This document shows, one piece after another, positions 62,201 through 64,000 of a stretch of 64,000 nt of DNA. A program made the translations under genes and the position numbers. Every line of letters begins with the position of its first letter. Position 1 is the first letter of the stretch. The DNA is from Phallusia mammillata. Its lineage: Eukaryota. Below the pieces are notes generated by a model that was not told the origin of the DNA, did not search any database, and saw only the letters and a program-made list of their open reading frames with translations. The stretch spans positions 3,410,001 through 3,474,000 of the forward strand of contig OZ281494.1 of the NCBI GenBank assembly GCA_965637545.1. Reading direction: 5' to 3'.

Positions 62201-63872
62201 TGTACTGTAAAACCATTTAGCAACTGTGCTAGTGTATCACAACACATATGTAGTCCAATATTATAAACAACACATACAGATAAAACATTTCATACATTTT
62301 CACTGCAAAACAACCCTGTTACCTTAAAAATAGGGTGTCAACTTGAAATACACTAAAAAAAGAACATAAAATAGGCCAGTGTACACCAAAGTATATGGTA
62401 GCATTATCATAGATAACAAGATTTCACATAGATAACAAGATTTAAACTTTTTTGCTTGTTTTAGTATTTCATTCTTTGTTGTTAGCTGCACTGTAATGTG
62501 AGCCATCGCCAACCACAAGTTTTTAATTGTATTGTGTTTTATTCTTTAGGTGGAACGCAATTGGATCATCAACACTTACTATCATCACACTCTCCTTCCA
62601 GGTAAACAAAAGTTTTTGTCATTTATTCACATTTGTTTGAGAGGCACATGGTCGAAAAATAACTGAATACATGATGTTAACAAAGAAAGGTTTTGTCAGT
62701 CCACATGAAATACATTGAACCCCGGACTGTTTTAACCCAAAAATTTGTCTGCATTAAGATTAACCGTTCCGTTTACAAATCAATTGTGCCTCAAGTTTTG
62801 TCCCAATTAGGCGAAGATCCAGAATAGCTGATGTCGATTAGTTAAAGCATGGGTGGGCAACCTTTGTCACTGTGGGGCCAAATACAATTGCAATAATTAG
62901 ATTGCGGGCCGCACCTTTATATAACACAAAGTGATTTTACTTCGTTGTATACCAAAAATGCCTTAATACAAGTAAAATTCGCATTTGATTCTAGCAGCAT
63001 ATTGTCAGGTCGCAGAAAAATAGCACCGGGCGCATTAATCTGCTCAAAAATATATAATAGTTCAACTCGTTTGCCAGTACATTTGAAATTCAAGTGTCTC
63101 TGCGGGCCGCACAACTTTAATTAAAGGGCCGCAGGTTACCCACCCCTGAGTTAAAGCATTACCACTAGTGATGGAACGGGTACCTGGTACTCGGTACTCG
63201 GTATCGATACTCGTACTCAGTATCGAAATTTTTTGTCTCAGTTTTCGATACCAACGTGCGAGTACCAAAGGCCGATTTACACCATAAGAATACAGGAAAC
63301 TTTATGCCAATATTTGCTTCGGACAGCATAAAATTGGAAAAGAGTTCTGCCAGTTTACGTATATCTTTTTCACTATCACGTTGAGATTACATTTTTCGGC
63401 ATGTGTGTGTGCACGCTTGTACCCCGACCATGGCAGATAAATTAGCGAGTGATATACAACTAAGTACAACACTGTAGTTAAGTACTCGGTAATCGTACTC
63501 GGTACCGAAGGTATCTACATGTGGTACTCGTACTCGGTATCGATACTCGCTTCAAAACCTGGTATCGTCCCATCACTAATTACCACATTACAAATCTTTT
63601 GTAACTAGAGTTTTGTCTGAATTAGATGAAGATCCAGGTTTACCGCATCCAGTTAAACCAATGTTTACTGTATAACTGCATTTTTAGCAGGAAAGTCTCA
63701 TTAAAGCTTAGTTTGTGTTAAGAGTTGTAGTTCTAAATTGACTCACGCTTAACATTTCCCTTGAAGAGGCGAGATGAACATGTTGTTGTTTTTGTTTGTA
63801 GCATGCACATGCTTCCTTCACATGACCCATCGACCAATATACATCACAGTCCACAACATAAATACCTTTACT
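59218..63872 (+). CDS. SRF: Serum response factor (MADS-box), 5' portion; continues beyond the window
   Basis: Exons: 59218-59475, 60805-60922, 61296-61438, 61697-61786, 61985-62099, 62550-62601, 63802-63872; phases consistent. MADS/SAM region reads GKKTRGRVKINMEFIDNKLRRYTTFSKRKSGIMKKAHELATLTGTQVMLLVASETGHVYTFATRKLQP...GKQLIQTCLNSPD. The distal exons are less certain. Confidence 0.95.
60431..60473. promoter_or_regulatory. Paired CArG boxes in SRF intron 1
   Basis: CCATATATGG (60431-60440) and CCTTATTAGG (60464-60473). Confidence 0.6.
62848..63148. mobile_element. hAT (Buster-like) MITE in an SRF intron
   Basis: Termini CATGGGTGGGCAACC...GGTTACCCACCCCTG. TSD agttaaag at 62840-62847 and 63149-63156. 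Confidence 0.9.
63166..63578. mobile_element. hAT (Ac-like) MITE in an SRF intron
   Basis: Termini TAGTGATGG...CCATCACTA with subterminal GTACTCG repeats. TSD attaccac at 63158-63165 and 63579-63586. Confidence 0.9.
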
Positions 63873-64000
63873 GTAAGTAGAAATTTGGAAACAATTGTAA
63901 AAAGTAAATACTTAACTTTACTGTATAATTTTGTTCAAAAAAATTTGTAAAAAAGGTAAATCCTTTGTAATGTAAGTAAAATTTTACTGCAAGTAAAAAC

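Overview
AT-rich eukaryotic (animal) genomic DNA with short GT-AG introns. The compact genes and TE content suggest a marine invertebrate, possibly an ascidian; this is inference only. Left to right the window holds five things. (1) Two tandem minus-strand glutamate-cysteine ligase (GCLC)-like genes: one runs off the left edge, the other is disrupted by a hAT insertion in an exon and by frameshifts. (2) A head-to-tail plus-strand cluster of five adhesion GPCR genes in the order A1-A2-B1-A3-B2. All descend from a GAIN/GPS + secretin-like 7TM gene. Type B carries an SUEL/rhamnose-binding lectin domain; type A carries a 10-Cys ectodomain I cannot assign, encoded on symmetric micro-exons. I rebuilt full exon models by hand: A1, B1 and B2 are intact, A2 lacks its signal-peptide region, and A3 has an internal deletion. 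(3) A full-length RTE LINE with an open ORF, a 128-bp target-site duplication, and a 5' end that starts at the cleavage site of a twister ribozyme motif. (4) A decayed Penelope-like element with a minimal hammerhead ribozyme, a deleted LINE, tRNA-derived elements, and about ten non-autonomous hAT-type elements with 8-bp TSDs. (5) The 5' part of the SRF gene, with clustered CArG boxes upstream and in intron 1. The most novel-looking signals are the twister/RTE junction, a pair of extra unpaired cysteines (GAIN loop and ECL2) conserved across both receptor subtypes, and radically different C-terminal tails among the paralogues (none, short, or a 24-bp repeat array).
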